Positions 37,880 through 51,118 of a stretch of DNA of 64,000 bases are shown one piece after another. Source of the stretch: Octopus sinensis (lineage: Eukaryota); NCBI RefSeq assembly GCF_006345805.1, contig NC_043024.1, positions 4,960,001 to 5,024,000 on the forward strand. Reading direction: 5' to 3'. A program made the translations under genes and the position numbers. The notes below the pieces were generated by a model that saw only the letters and a list, made by a program, of their open reading frames with translations, made no database searches and was not told the DNA's origin. The stretch's first letter is position 1. Every line of letters starts with the position of its first letter.

Positions 37880-38810
37880 TAGGAATAAGCATATATGGTT
37901 TGTAATCCCCTTTGGTAAGCAGATTAGAACTAACCTCCCCCTCATGTTTAGACAAGCCATCGCCAATAACTTCCCAGAAATTCCAAATATTACTCCCGGT
38001 TAACTCGCCATAAAGTTAGGATAGCTTTCTCCAACACTAAAAACCTCGCCCAGATAATCGCCTCCCATAATAATAGGCTACTTACTAAGACCCTATCACC
38101 TTTTTCCGGAGGCACAGCCTCTTCCGCTCCCGGTTTAATGCTCAGTAGGAATAATTATAGTAGAATAATGATATGAGAGCCAGTACAGTGACACATAATC
38201 TCAGCTCCAGCCAGGGAGTACCCACTAGGGGTATAGTTATAAATAGGGGTGTTGTGGTTGACGGTAACAATGGGAGTAGGTAGAGAGCCCCAATAGCATC
38301 CCCAGCATCATTTCCCGCAATAGCAGCACCACGGGCAGTAGCAATGACAGCACTTTGATAGATAGTGGAGAATCAGGGGTTATTCCTATAGTAATAGTGA
38401 CGTAGTGGAAAATAGAGTAGTAAGCGGCTGCAGGTCTCGGAACGAATATAGTGACAGGAACGCAGTTCTAATTTCAGAAACTAATCCTAGCAGAATTAGA
38501 TTCACGTCGGCGAACTCCAGATCAAAAACGCCGTCTACCAATGCAAGGTTACACGGACTCAGATGTCTTCACTTATGTAGGGCCTCATCCTCAAGATTGT
38601 CTTTGCGTGTCTCCAACCATTACGCAACTTTTCGGGACATGAACAAGCGCCAGACCACGGGACTCAGTAAGCTAATATGGCGACTGAAGGATACGAACTT
38701 AAGCTACAGGCTGGAATGGTCAATTTTGTCGGTGGCCCTCCCATTTGATAGGGGCAGAAGGCAGTGCAACCTTTGTGTCTCCGAACTCTTCCATATTTGT
38801 TTGCAGAGGC
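37880..38810 (+). mobile_element. Penelope-like element, degenerate RT C-terminal linker and GIY-YIG endonuclease
   Basis: HIWFVIPFGKQIRTNL, KVRIAFSNTKNLAQIIASHNNRL, VYQCKVT...TYVG and NHYATFR...LSKLIWRLKD...WSIL...RRQCNLC match the PLE C-terminal pattern. Confidence 0.75.
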
Positions 38811-39470
38811 CGGATGGTAAACGGACTTTTACAGTCGGCTTTTCGATGCCCCCATTGGCGGCGTTACACTTATCTGGCTTTTAAATAGCGTTTATAAATA
38901 ATACGGCACCCATAGCCCTTGGTAACAAATTTGAAATAGCTTTAAGATATCTACGATTAACCACTGCAAGGGGAATTACTCCTGTAAGACAAACGGGGCT
39001 TGGTTTTTTCACAGCGGGGGTTTCCTTGACAAGGCAGGCTTAGATGAACACACACACACATAAAACATGATATATATATTTTTTTTTCTGCCACCCAAGG
39101 TTATCACGGCAGTAGCCACTGACAGCCGAACGATCAAACGCACACACGTACACAAAAAATGTTTTTCTACCCCTACGCCAACACACACATATATAGAACA
39201 GTATACACACACACGTCTCTAAGTAGATTTTTTCTCGCCCCTTATAAAACATCCAATATTCCTTAAATAGTCAGAACTTTATTCTCGGTCACAAAGAACA
39301 TCTACGCACCCTCACCCACATGATTGACCGATGCCTGACCCGTTGAATTCTTCAGCCACCGGTTCTCAACATACACTGATAAACAGTTTCGCCATGGGCT
39401 CTTAGGAGCATAGTTCGATTTGTTTTTGCTCCGCCTCTGTTCTGTTTTTGTTTTTCCAACAGATTTCCTA

Positions 39471-39560
39471 TTTTCTTCCTGAAGAGAAAGACACAATATG
39501 GTCCCTTTATTCCATCGGATTTTGGTAATTTGTGCCTTTCGAAACACGTGTAGAATGAAA
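39471..39560 (+). ncRNA. Intact type-I hammerhead ribozyme with palindromic stem III
   Basis: C3-A9 = CTGAAGA (39479-39485); stem II GAAAG.CACAA/TTGTG.CTTTC with G10.1-C11.1; GAAA 39541-39544; self-complementary ACACGTGT; GUA cleavage triplet (A17 = 39552); stem I ttttcttc/gaatgaaa (7 of 8 pairs). Confidence 0.8.
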
Positions 39561-39894
39561 TAAAACGATTTCTGTTCAATCTGCGTTCAGCTCCATTTCT
39601 TCAATTCACCAATAATGTTCTAATTTCAATTATCCGCACCAACGCACGGTTGCAACACCTTATGGTTGTACCTCCACCGTGCTGTTTTACTGCTGTGATT
39701 TTGCTACTAAGGATCGGTTAAAACTTTTGATTAATCTACTACAAGATTATTCATCTTTCTATTTCACATAATATATATATATATATATATAAAATATTAT
39801 AAGAGACAAAACCACTATTTTGCAAAACAACAAGAGAAAGACTTAATCAATACATAAAATTTTAATAAATAGTCAAAAAATAGTCAAAAAATAT

Positions 39895-40059
39895 TGTGGT
39901 GTGTGTGTGGTGTGTGTGTTGTATATGTATGTATAATATATAGTGCGGGTGTGTATATATATGTATATATGTGTGTGTGTGTGTATATATTATATATATA
40001 TATATGTATAATATGTGTATATATATATAATATATATTAATATATATATATATATATAT

Positions 40060-40095
<36 letters not shown>
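39895..40095. repeat. (TG)/(TA) microsatellite
   Basis: Direct observation. Confidence 0.9.
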
Positions 40096-40097
<2 letters not shown>

Positions 40098-40314
40098 GCA
40101 GTTGAGGGAACCTGTGGAAGAGGTAGACCCAGGAAAACCTGGACGAGATGGTGAAGCACGACCTTCGAACTTTAGGTCTCACCAAGGAAATGACTAGAGA
40201 CCGACCTATGGAAGTATGCTGTGCGTGAGAAGACCAGTGAGAACAGTCAAAATCAAACCAAATCAACATCAGTGGAATTGCAGCTGTGGTAAGCAAACCA
40301 TCCGATCGTGTTGT

Positions 40315-40414
40315 NNNNNNNNNNNNNNNNNNNNNNNNNNNNNNNNNNNNNNNNNNNNNNNNNNNNNNNNNNNNNNNNNNNNNNNNNNNNNNNNNNNNNN
40401 NNNNNNNNNNNNNN
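40315..40414. other. Assembly gap (100 N)
   Basis: Run of N; contiguity and distance across it are unknown. Confidence 1.
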
Positions 40415-40864
40415 ATCGTAAAAAATAGGGATTTTCATAGAAAAAAGCATCTTTTTGATGTAAATAATTTTGGTGTTAACATGTCCGATTTGAATTTTAT
40501 GTTCTACGGAAGGAAGAGCAACCCTTCTCCTACCATACTCTCAATTTTGGTCAACTTGCGCCGCAGGGTCTCGGAGGAGATAGTGTTAGTTGAAGGTTAC
40601 CATTCTAGGTGCCTGAGTAACAACCTCGCGGATTTACGGATAAATGAATTAATTACTATTTTACAGAATAAAATTAAATAATTCTTGAAAATTAATTAAT
40701 ATTAATATTTTTTGAACAAAGTAAATAATTTTTAAAACTTAAATAATAATTTTTTTTACACAAACGCGAACGGGGAAAAGGGGGTGGCGAATTCGATTTA
40801 CATACCTAAATTTTTTCTTTTTCATGACATTGTAGCAAAATAGTAGTGAATTATATAAATACCG

Positions 40865-43800
40865 GCAACAACGTACACCTCACCTCGATGCTCCTACTGA
40901 ACATCAGAGGACTGCAAACACTCAGTAACAGGACAAAAATCCCGTTCCTGAGAGACTTTGTTGCATGCAATCAAGCCTTATGCATAGCACTTACGGAAAC
41001 GCACCTGAAACCGGATATAGCAGATGCGGAGTTATACATACCACAGTATGCTGTACTACGGACCGACAGGAAAGAAAGGAGTCATGGAGGTGTTGCTATG
41101 TACATCCATGAGGACCTCACACCCCAGGTCCTCTTGTCATACTCAAACTCGGTGTGTGACACACTAATTGTACATATTAGGCAACTTGATGTAGTTGTGT
41201 GTGCTACATATCGCCCTCCAGATGCCCCAGCCATTGGGTAAGTTTGAAGACTGCCTTATAAAATAGAAGAAGTTCTAACCATATTAGAACAACACATAAG
41301 TGTACTTCTTATGGGAGACTTCAATCTGCCCAAAGTCAGATGGCCCCGGGGCCTTTCTCTCCCAGGAATGACAAGATGTGAACGAGGACAGGCGAGGTCC
41401 CTCCTGAACCTCATCAACACCCTGTACATGGAGCAGTAATACTCCAACCAACCAGGGCAGGTAACACACTGGATCTCTGCTTCACAAATGACATGGATCT
41501 CATCCATAATGTGAAAGTGACACCGACACTACTCTCGGATCACAACATGATAGAGCTGACCATGTACGGGCCAAAAGAGCACGGACATGCAGCCTACAAG
41601 AAACCCTCAGAATCTTTCCAGCTTGAACTACCATAAGGCAAACTGGAAACAAATTGAGAAAGAGATCCTCAAACAAAACTGGCCTAAATGTCTCTCCTCG
41701 CCGACATCGACATGATACTTCAACAATCATGTCTGTAATGCAAGCCATATGCTACAAATGTGTCCCAGAGAGAAAGGCCACTGTACACAAGAACAAAATC
41801 CCCAGAGAGAGGAAAATTTTAATGAGACGGCATACAAAAATTTCAAATCGCCTAACAAACAATTGAAAGCAGTGAAAAGTCCCGCCTGAAAATAAAACTG
41901 TTGGAAATTGAAAATTGTCTGCACTCTCCCATGAGAAGGAAGAGCAGACAAAGAAGCCTGGGCTATAGACAACATAAAAACTAACCCCAGAGCTTCTACA
42001 GGTATGCCAAAGAAACAGCTACGGTGCACTGTAGGATAGGGCCACTCCTTGAAAAGGATGGCACACTCACAGGAAAACCAATGAGGGTAAGTGAAATACT
42101 GAATGAACAATTCAAGAGTGTTTTCACTCCACCCCTTGGGCATTTCCAAATCAGCAATCCAACTGACTTCTTTACCACTGCAGATATAGAATCAGAGGCG
42201 GCGACGATAAATTACATCGATATAAAGGAAGACGATGTAATAAAGGCTATAGATGAAATGAAAACAGACTCAGCTATTGGCCCCGATGGATTCCCGGCAA
42301 TCCTCCTAAAAGTATGTAAGAGAGTCCTAGCAAGACCACTGCAGTTCCTCTTTCAGAGCTTCCTTGCAGCTGGCAAACTTCCAAGAAAACTGAAGGAAGG
42401 TAAAATATGCCCTATTCATAAAGGAGGTAGCAGAGCGGAGGCCAAGAACTACAACCTATCTCCCTGACCTCACACATCAGCAAGGTCATGGACGAATAGT
42501 CAGAAGGAAACTAATCACCTTCCTTGAAGAAAATGACTTGCTGCCTGACACCCAACATGGTTCCGACCAGAAGAAGCTGCTTAACTCAGCTCCTGCAGCA
42601 CTATGACTGGGTGCTGAAACAACAGCTCAACCACTCAAATGTGGAAGTCATATACCTCGACTTCGCAAAGGCCTTCGATAATGTCGATCATGGAATGATA
42701 TGTCACAAACTGCGTGATCTTGGCATAGTTGGAAAACTAGGAGAATGGCTTCATGACTTTCTGAAGAATAGAAGTCAGGTGGTAGCAGCCAATGGGGCCC
42801 TTCCATTAGCCGCAAATATGAGCGTGTTCCACAGGGCACTGTTTTGGGACCACTGCTGTTCATAATGGCCCTCTCAGACATGCCCTCAGCCACGCGGAGA
42901 GCCACGATCACAAGTTATGCAGATGATACAAAAGTTTCACAGGCAATACAGAACCCTGAAGACACTAAGCACCTGCAATATGAGCTGGACGAAATATACA
43001 AGTGGGCTGAAAAGAATAGCAAGCAGTTAATGCTGAAAAGTTTCAAGCTTTATACTATCAGCATGCAAAACTGAATGCAATACCCAATGAATACACTGGA
43101 CCCGAGGGATTGCAATTCCAGAGGCACAATCAGTGCGTGACCTGGGTATTCACATGAGTGATGACGCGACCTTTCATGTACATGTTGCTAAACTGACAAT
43201 GAAATGCAGACGGCTGGCTGGATGGATTCTTAGAACCTTTAGAACAAGAGAACAAGAAACCATGATGGTCCTCTGGAAGACACTTGTCCTAAGCCACTTT
43301 GACTATTGCTCTCAGCTATGGTCACCATCCAGTGTCAAGTTGATCACAGAACTTGAGTCGATCCAACGAAGCTACACGAAGAAGATAGCCTCTGTGCAGC
43401 ATACGAGCTACTGGGAGAGACTCAAGAGATTAAAGCTCTATTCCCCGGAGCGTAGGCGAGAAAGATATGCCATAATATATATCTGGAAGATCCTGGAAGG
43501 GTCTTGTCCCAGACTTTGGCATCGAGAGTCACACAAACGCCAGAACCGGACGCCACTGCGTAGTACCAAGGACTCCAAATTTGCCATCAAGATGTAGGAC
43601 AAGATATTGTGATAGCCTGGGCTTCAGAGGCCCACGGCTCTTCAATGTCCTCCCGAAGAACCTGAGGGACCTGCATGGTGTAGATGCGGATGTCTTTAAA
43701 GTAGGACTGGATCTCTTCCTGTCAGGTGTCCCGGATGAACCAACTTCACGGCAGGAGGTGCAGATGAGGGCAGCTGCATCGAACTCTCTCATGCATCAGA

Positions 43801-43910
43801 TGGCGTTTGCTAAAAAGCATCCGTGAGGTAAACCCGTGTAGCAAACCAAATGGCGGTGCCCCAGCATGGCCACAGCTCATTAGCTGAAACTGGAAAAATC
43901 AAAATCAAAA
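40865..43910 (+). mobile_element. CR1-like LINE (family b), degenerate endonuclease-RT ORF2
   Basis: LLLNIRGL, ALTETHL and GDFNLP (APE); YLDFAKAFD, LGPLLF and YADD at 42916-42927 (RT); frameshifted; 3' stem-loop tail followed by (AAATCA) repeats. Confidence 0.92.
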
Positions 43911-44050
43911 TCATATATATATATATACATACATATATATATACATACATACATATATATATATATACATATATATATCTCCCCCTCCCCCTCTTCTCCT
44001 CTATCCACACTACACCACACGACTTTACACATCACATCATATATGATGTG

Positions 44051-44260
44051 CCATACTAATACATACACCAACCCTATACATACACACGTCCAGACCTCTC
44101 ATACGCACTAATACTCTCTCATACACACACACACACACACACACACCCTTATACATACTAATACATACTAATGCATACACCAACCCTATACATACACACG
44201 TCCAGACCTCTCATACGCACTAATACTCTCTCATACACACACACACACACACACCCTTAT
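44051..44260. repeat. Tandem duplication of a ~110-bp CA-rich unit
   Basis: catacaccaaccctatacatacacacgtccagacctctcatacgcactaatactctctc occurs twice. Confidence 0.85.
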
Positions 44261-44557
44261 GTTGGAGCTGGTCACTCATTCCTATTATCTCCCCTAATTT
44301 CGCTCTCGCGTCTCATGTTTGATCTTAGACTTCTGGCCGAAATCAGATCGCCATGTTGGTTTGTTAGTTACTGCACGCATTTTTTTCTCTCCTTCTTTGT
44401 GTTTTTTTTCTCTCTGTGTACCTTTCTGTTGAAGAGCGTAGGCTCGAAACGTTAAAAACTTGTTTTATTTATATTTCCTGAGCGCCATACTAATACAATT
44501 GTTTGTTTGTTTTCCACCTGCCTTCGTCTTTTGTCTATTTTCATAAAGCTTCCCGTT

Positions 44558-44849
44558 ATATATATATATATATATATATACATACATATATACATACATA
44601 TATATATACATATATATATTACATATACATACATATATAATACATATATATACATACATATACATACATATATATATACATATATACATACATATATATA
44701 TACATATTATACATACATATATATACATATATACATAATATATATAATATACATATATATATATATATACATATATATATACATACATATATATAATATA
44801 TACATATATAATACATACATATATATAATATATAATATATATACATACA

Positions 44850-44881
<32 letters not shown>

Positions 44882-44984
44882 CATACATATATATATATAC
44901 ATACATATATATATATACATACATATTATATATATATATTATATATAACATACATATATATATATAATATATACATATATATAT

Positions 44985-45033
<49 letters not shown>

Positions 45034-45046
45034 CATACATATATAT

Positions 45047-45088
<42 letters not shown>

Positions 45089-45162
45089 CATACATATATA
45101 TATATATATTACATATAATATATATACATACATATATATATATATATATATACATATATATA

Positions 45163-45207
<45 letters not shown>

Positions 45208-45241
45208 CATACATATATATATATATATATATAATATATAT

Positions 45242-45286
<45 letters not shown>

Positions 45287-45344
45287 CATACATATATATA
45301 TATACATACATATATATATATACATACATTATATATATACATAC

Positions 45345-45388
<44 letters not shown>

Positions 45389-45445
45389 CATATATATATA
45401 CATACATATTATATATATATATATACATAATATATATAACATACA

Positions 45446-45479
<34 letters not shown>

Positions 45480-45537
45480 CATACATATATATATATATAT
45501 ATATACATATATATATACATATAATATATACATATAT

Positions 45538-45570
<33 letters not shown>

Positions 45571-45591
45571 CAATATATATATACATACATA

Positions 45592-45629
<38 letters not shown>

Positions 45630-45695
45630 TACCTATATATATATATATATATACATATATATATAATATACATATATATATATACATACATATTA

Positions 45696-45736
<41 letters not shown>

Positions 45737-45738
45737 CA

Positions 45739-45779
<41 letters not shown>

Positions 45780-45781
45780 AT

Positions 45782-45823
<42 letters not shown>

Positions 45824-45845
45824 GACATACATATATATATGTATG

Positions 45846-45879
<34 letters not shown>

Positions 45880-45921
45880 CATACATATATATATATATAG
45901 ACATACATATATATATGTATG

Positions 45922-45953
<32 letters not shown>

Positions 45954-45958
45954 CATAC

Positions 45959-46012
<54 letters not shown>
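44558..46012. repeat. About 1.45-kb (TA)n microsatellite with TAC/CA interruptions
   Basis: Direct observation; source of the Y/I/M/C low-complexity ORFs. Confidence 0.97.
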
Positions 46013-46015
<3 letters not shown>

Positions 46016-46530
46016 AGATGGGGTTGTAAATTCAACCCTCCATGGGATAACATATATCCAATATACTGCTAGAGAAGTACCCAACAAAGCTAATACATAT
46101 ATGTTAAGAATTACGATGCAATTAATTCATTTACTGTATTATATGGGGAAAGGTAAAATTATTTTTACCATAAATTAATAATACAAAATGAGAAAATGGA
46201 GAGATATATCTAAATCATTCATCAACTATCAGATAATACCGAATCATATACTTTATTAAAGCACTACACAAGAGCATTAAGATTAGACATTAATACAGTA
46301 CGATAATTACAATCAATATAATGAGATATAACTAAATAAATATAACAAGATATAAAAATACATATACATTATAACTGACAGCTGTTTCGGCCATGCAGAT
46401 AAGTATGTCTCATTTAACCTATTAGCCATATATTTCAGATATAAATGAGACATTAACAAAAATATCTTTAATTTAGATATATTTCTCCATTTTCTCATTT
46501 TGTATATATATATATATATATAATTTCAAA

Positions 46531-46870
46531 ATTTTCATAAATTGTAGAAGTAATTCTTTATCTGAAGTATTAAATTTATCCCATCTCTCTGTTTTCAAGA
46601 GGTTTATATCACAGACATATCTATCGTAATAACACCTCCTGGACATTGCGTCTGTGCTAGACACACACCAATATACATGTCAATGACACTAGATATCTGA
46701 TGGTTTCACCTCAGTCATGTGTCGTATTAACACAGCTTTGTTTGGTAACATAGACATCACTCCTCCTCTGCCTCATTCTGTACATTCGTAAATACACAAA
46801 TACATAGATACGGGCAGCTTAATGTCAATATTTTGTTGAGGATGAAACAGGGAGAAAAGTCAGTAAAGAA
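46531..46870 (-). other. Orphan copy of the G/H-type intron
   Basis: Aligns with 55047-55380; homology stops about 85 bp short of the acceptor position and no finger exon follows. Confidence 0.75.
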
Positions 46871-47076
46871 TCAACATTCTTTTCTACTCTAAGGCACAAA
46901 GCTCGAAGTTTTTGAGGAAGGGCCAGTCAATTAGATTGATCCCAGTACACAACTCGTACTTAACTTATCGACCCCGAAAGGATGAAGGGCAAAATCGACC
47001 TTGGCGGAATTTGAACTCAGAACGTAAAGACAGACAAAATACTGCTAAGCATTTCATATATATATATATATATAAG

Positions 47077-47114
<38 letters not shown>

Positions 47115-47147
47115 ATATATATAAGTATATATATATAATATATATAT

Positions 47148-47320
47148 ATAAAATATTATTTGAGACAAAACCACTATTTTGCAAAACAAACAAGGAAAGA
47201 CTTAATCAATACATAAAATTTAATAAATATTTATTTGACTATTTATTAAATTTTATGTATTGATTAAGTCTTTCCTTGTTTGTTTTGCAAAATAGTGGTT
47301 TTGTCTCAATAATATTTTAT
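47148..47320. repeat. Palindrome with about 80-bp arms (a third arm copy lies at 39790-39870)
   Basis: gagacaaaaccactattttgcaaaacaaacaaggaaagacttaatcaatacataaaattt and its reverse complement, separated by a 10-nt loop. Confidence 0.9.
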
Positions 47321-47439
47321 AATATTTTACTATAAAATTGGATTTAATCCTAAATCTGATTTTTTTCCCTGTAAATTTGGATATATTCCCTAATATTTAT
47401 TATTATATATATATATATATATATATATAAGTATATAAT

Positions 47440-47471
<32 letters not shown>

Positions 47472-49141
47472 AGTATATATATATATTATATATATATATA
47501 TAAACACATTCTATATATATATATAAACACATTTTAAAGTTATGAGGGAAAAACATCGATCTTGTGAATTTTCCGAAGGCCTCTCCCCACTCCCGTTGCT
47601 TTCCGGGCCTTTTTGTTTTCAGATTCGTTCCCTACCCTCTTTTTTTTTTTTTTACACCAGTTCCACAAATTTTTTTTTTCGATTTCGTTCCCGGGTAATA
47701 ATTTCTTCTCTTTCTTTTTTTTTTTTGCGAAATACGTACAAAAATACGGAGTTTATGATTCATGATAATCATTTAGAACAAGTAGTTTTACACCAACTAC
47801 ACTATTTTTTTCTTAGTTTAAAGGCCGTGGAGTGAAGATGTGAAATTTCTGAGCCCTCTCCCCCACCCCCCTTTCGCGAGCGCGCATTATTTTCACCATA
47901 TTCGTTTAGAGCAAGTTGTTTTACACATATTACACTATATTTGTTTTTGTTTTTTGGACCGGGTTTAACGCTTTAGTTTAACCATAATGTCAACATACAA
48001 GGATGTATATAAAGCTAATTCTGTAGAAATGTATGTGTATATGTTTATATATATATTTTGTATGTATTTATATATGCATAAGTTTCGAAAGATATTAGAA
48101 TAATGAAATAAAAGTCAGTCATAATAAGAGATCTCCCCCAAATCTATTTCCTTAATTTTTAACGGCGACAGTAAGGAATACGTACACCCGGTCTTTAGGG
48201 TTGGTTTTAGTTAGGCCGAAAACGGGTGGTGGACTCGTTCTTTACCTCCAACATTTTAAACCGTTTCTAGCACGCATAAAAATTTCGGCCCATATTTAGG
48301 CAATTTGGATTTTGAAGTATTTAAAACAAGGTAAAAAAAAGAAACGAATTCACCTCCTTCGTTTGGAAAATTTGGGGCGCTGTGGAACCCCACCAAAAAC
48401 TATTGAGGCACGGCGGCAAGGTTACAGCGTTATAACGGGTGGTGCGCTGGAACAAACCAAGCACCCTCATGAGGTTCACCAGTTAAAACTACGAATTAAA
48501 AATGAAAAACAGTGGAATGTTTTGGAATTAGGATGGAGGGAGTTGGTTAAAAATTTTTCTTTTATTCTTTCTTTTGCATAATTGTATTAATTCCATTACG
48601 CAGAAGACAAACGAAAAAATTTGTAAAAATTAGAAAAAAAAGTTAGAAGCGGGGTTTGCACGTACTTACATTATAACTCCGCCACGTTTTAATGTATTGA
48701 CGACTAGTTTTTAATTAAAAGATTATATAAACGGATTTTTATTGTTGGTCAAATTGGGTACTTTGTAGTGTTTCAATACAGAGCAGTTTCATTTCTTCTG
48801 TAGACGATAGTGCCTTTTCGTTTCAGTATTTCAAGTGCACACTCGTACTTTTACAGGTTCCCCATTTTTTTGGTTACAAATTACATCGGAATTTTCTCGC
48901 AATTAACTTAATTATTGTCAAATTTACATGTCAGAAACACAGAGAAAATGTTATCTAAACAAGATAATGATCTGACGTTAACAAATATAGAAAAATAACC
49001 AAAAATGCAGTGAGATGTCTAAAAGAAAGCGACAACACAATGAAAGTATTAAAATAATAGCCTTACTTTCATATAATTTCGTGTTTGTTTGGGGAGATTC
49101 TTTCTATTAACTTACTCACCACATCCAAACAAACAGATGTA

Positions 49142-50841
49142 CACTTGCGTCGGAAATTAATTAGCACTTCTCAAATTTCTACATTTTCTTAATTTAATTA
49201 ACTTATTATCAGAAACGAACTCGTTTTTAATCAAAAATTTATTAAAACATATCCCAGCACACCACATAATTGTTATTAATCGTGAAATTTAGTCAATATC
49301 TTGTTGCTCCTCCTTTGGCAGCAATGACAGCTGCTACGCAGGTCGGCATGCTGTCTATGAGTGCCTGCAGGTACTGTGCAGGGATGGCCCTCCATGCAGC
49401 AAGAAGTGCCCTAAACAGCTCGTGTCGGTTCCTGTATTGCTGCACATTCAAATCCCTACCCATTCGACTCCAGAGGTTCTCAATAGGGTTCAGGTCAGGT
49501 GACTGGCCAGGCCAGTCCATGACCGTCACCCCATGGTCCTTGAAGAAACCGGTTGTGAGCTTGGCTGTGTGGGAAGGCGCGTTGTCCTGCTGGAGCATGT
49601 ACTCCTCGCCACCAAAGAGGTATCCCGTACTATCTCAACGTACTTTGCTGCGTTGATGTTGCCTTCGACGGCATAGAGCCGCCCAACACCACTGTAGCTG
49701 AATGCCCCTCACACCATCAGACCACCCCCACCATGCTTCATGGTGGGAGCAATGCGGTCTTTGTTGAAGCGCTCACCCCTGCGGCATCGCACATGGACAG
49801 GCTTGTCACTGACGAGACTGAATCGCGACTCGTCAGTGAACATCACTGTCCGCCACTGCTGCACGGTCCATATCTTGTGGGCACGGGCCCAGAGCAACCG
49901 CCTCTTCCGGTTTGGGGCTGTAAGGAGCGGCTTACGGGCGGCCCTACAGGATTTTAGACCAGCTTCCAGTAATCTGGTCTTGACGGTGGTTGTAGACAAC
50001 TGCTTCCCTGTCATCTTTTGCATCTCCTCCGCCAGTTGCCGGCTCGTTGCCCTTCAGTTGTACAGTGACTTTCGGATCAGCATCCGGTCCTCCCACTGGG
50101 TCGTCAGCCTCTTCCGTCCCCAACCCTTTTTGTCAGCTGCTGATCCAGTTTCCTCGTATTTCTTAAATAAGCACTGAATTGTGCGCCTGGCTACACTAAG
50201 TTTTCTGGCTATTGCAGCCTCCGACAGCTTCCCACGCCACGAGAGAGCCTCGTACCATCTCTCCAAGGTCATGCAAGGTCTTGGGCCCATCTAGGAATGA
50301 ACGATAAAAACCAGTTATTTTCATTAAAACTATTCATTTGAATAATGTTATGCTATAACAAAACTGCTATGAGTTATTATTCATGAAACAAAAAAGAAAG
50401 AAAGCAGAATTTCTCACCTATTTGATGTATAACAGAAAGTTTTGTGAACCGGAAGTGATGTCACCAAGCAGAGTGTAGGAGAATTTGTGAGGAAAAAAAA
50501 TCTTGCAAATACACAAATCAATTAACCTACGAGCTGTTCAAAACATCTTACGCGATGAGAAAACTTAGTACGGTGTGATTTCGGTCCTGGCGAGGTGCTA
50601 CCTATATCTATTAAACAAAGGAAGATTTGTCTGCATCCGCACTCCAAGTTGTTGTTGCACTGCTATGTCAACATCATTAGGCTGTAGACTCTCAAACCGC
50701 TCTGCAAACAAAGTTACGTCATCGTTCTGCGCAACAGCGAACTCGCAACAAAGCAATAGTTCGAGATATGGCCACTAGGTGACAGCAAATACCTTGAGTG
50801 AAGAGCAAATCAAGGGTGCTAATTAATTTCTGACGGTAGTG
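49142..50841 (-). mobile_element. Full-length Tc1-family DNA transposon (1700 bp), degenerate DD34E transposase
   Basis: TA target duplications at 49140-49141 and 50842-50843; imperfect TIRs cac(ttgc/tacc)gtc(g/a)gaaattaattagcac; HTH piece 50054-50290, FTDESRF, QQDNAPSH and PDLNPIENLW with 34 residues between D and E; internal stop and frameshifts. Confidence 0.92.
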
Positions 50842-50847
50842 TATATT

Positions 50848-51070
50848 GAGCTGGCAGAACCGTTAGCACGCCGGACGAAATGCTCAGCGGTATTTCGTCT
50901 GCCAGTATGTTCTGGGTTCAAATTCCGCCGAGGTCGACTTTGCCTTTCATCCTTTCTGGGTCGATAAATTAAGCACCAGTTACGCACTGGGGTGGGTGTA
51001 ATCGACTTAATCCGTTTGTCTGTCCTTGTTTGTCCCCTCTATGTTGAGCACCTTGTGGGTAGTAAAGAAA
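50848..51070 (+). mobile_element. SINE family 2
   Basis: Matches 871-1108. Confidence 0.85.
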
Positions 51071-51118
51071 TATATATATATGACACATATACAATAGAAA
51101 TGTTTATATAAATATAAT

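Noticed and set aside
44421-44462. Hammerhead-like TTGAAGA-gcgtaggctc-GAAACGTT
   Set aside because: C3 is missing, stem II pairs at only one position in the required register, and stem I is not formed; at most a dead relic.
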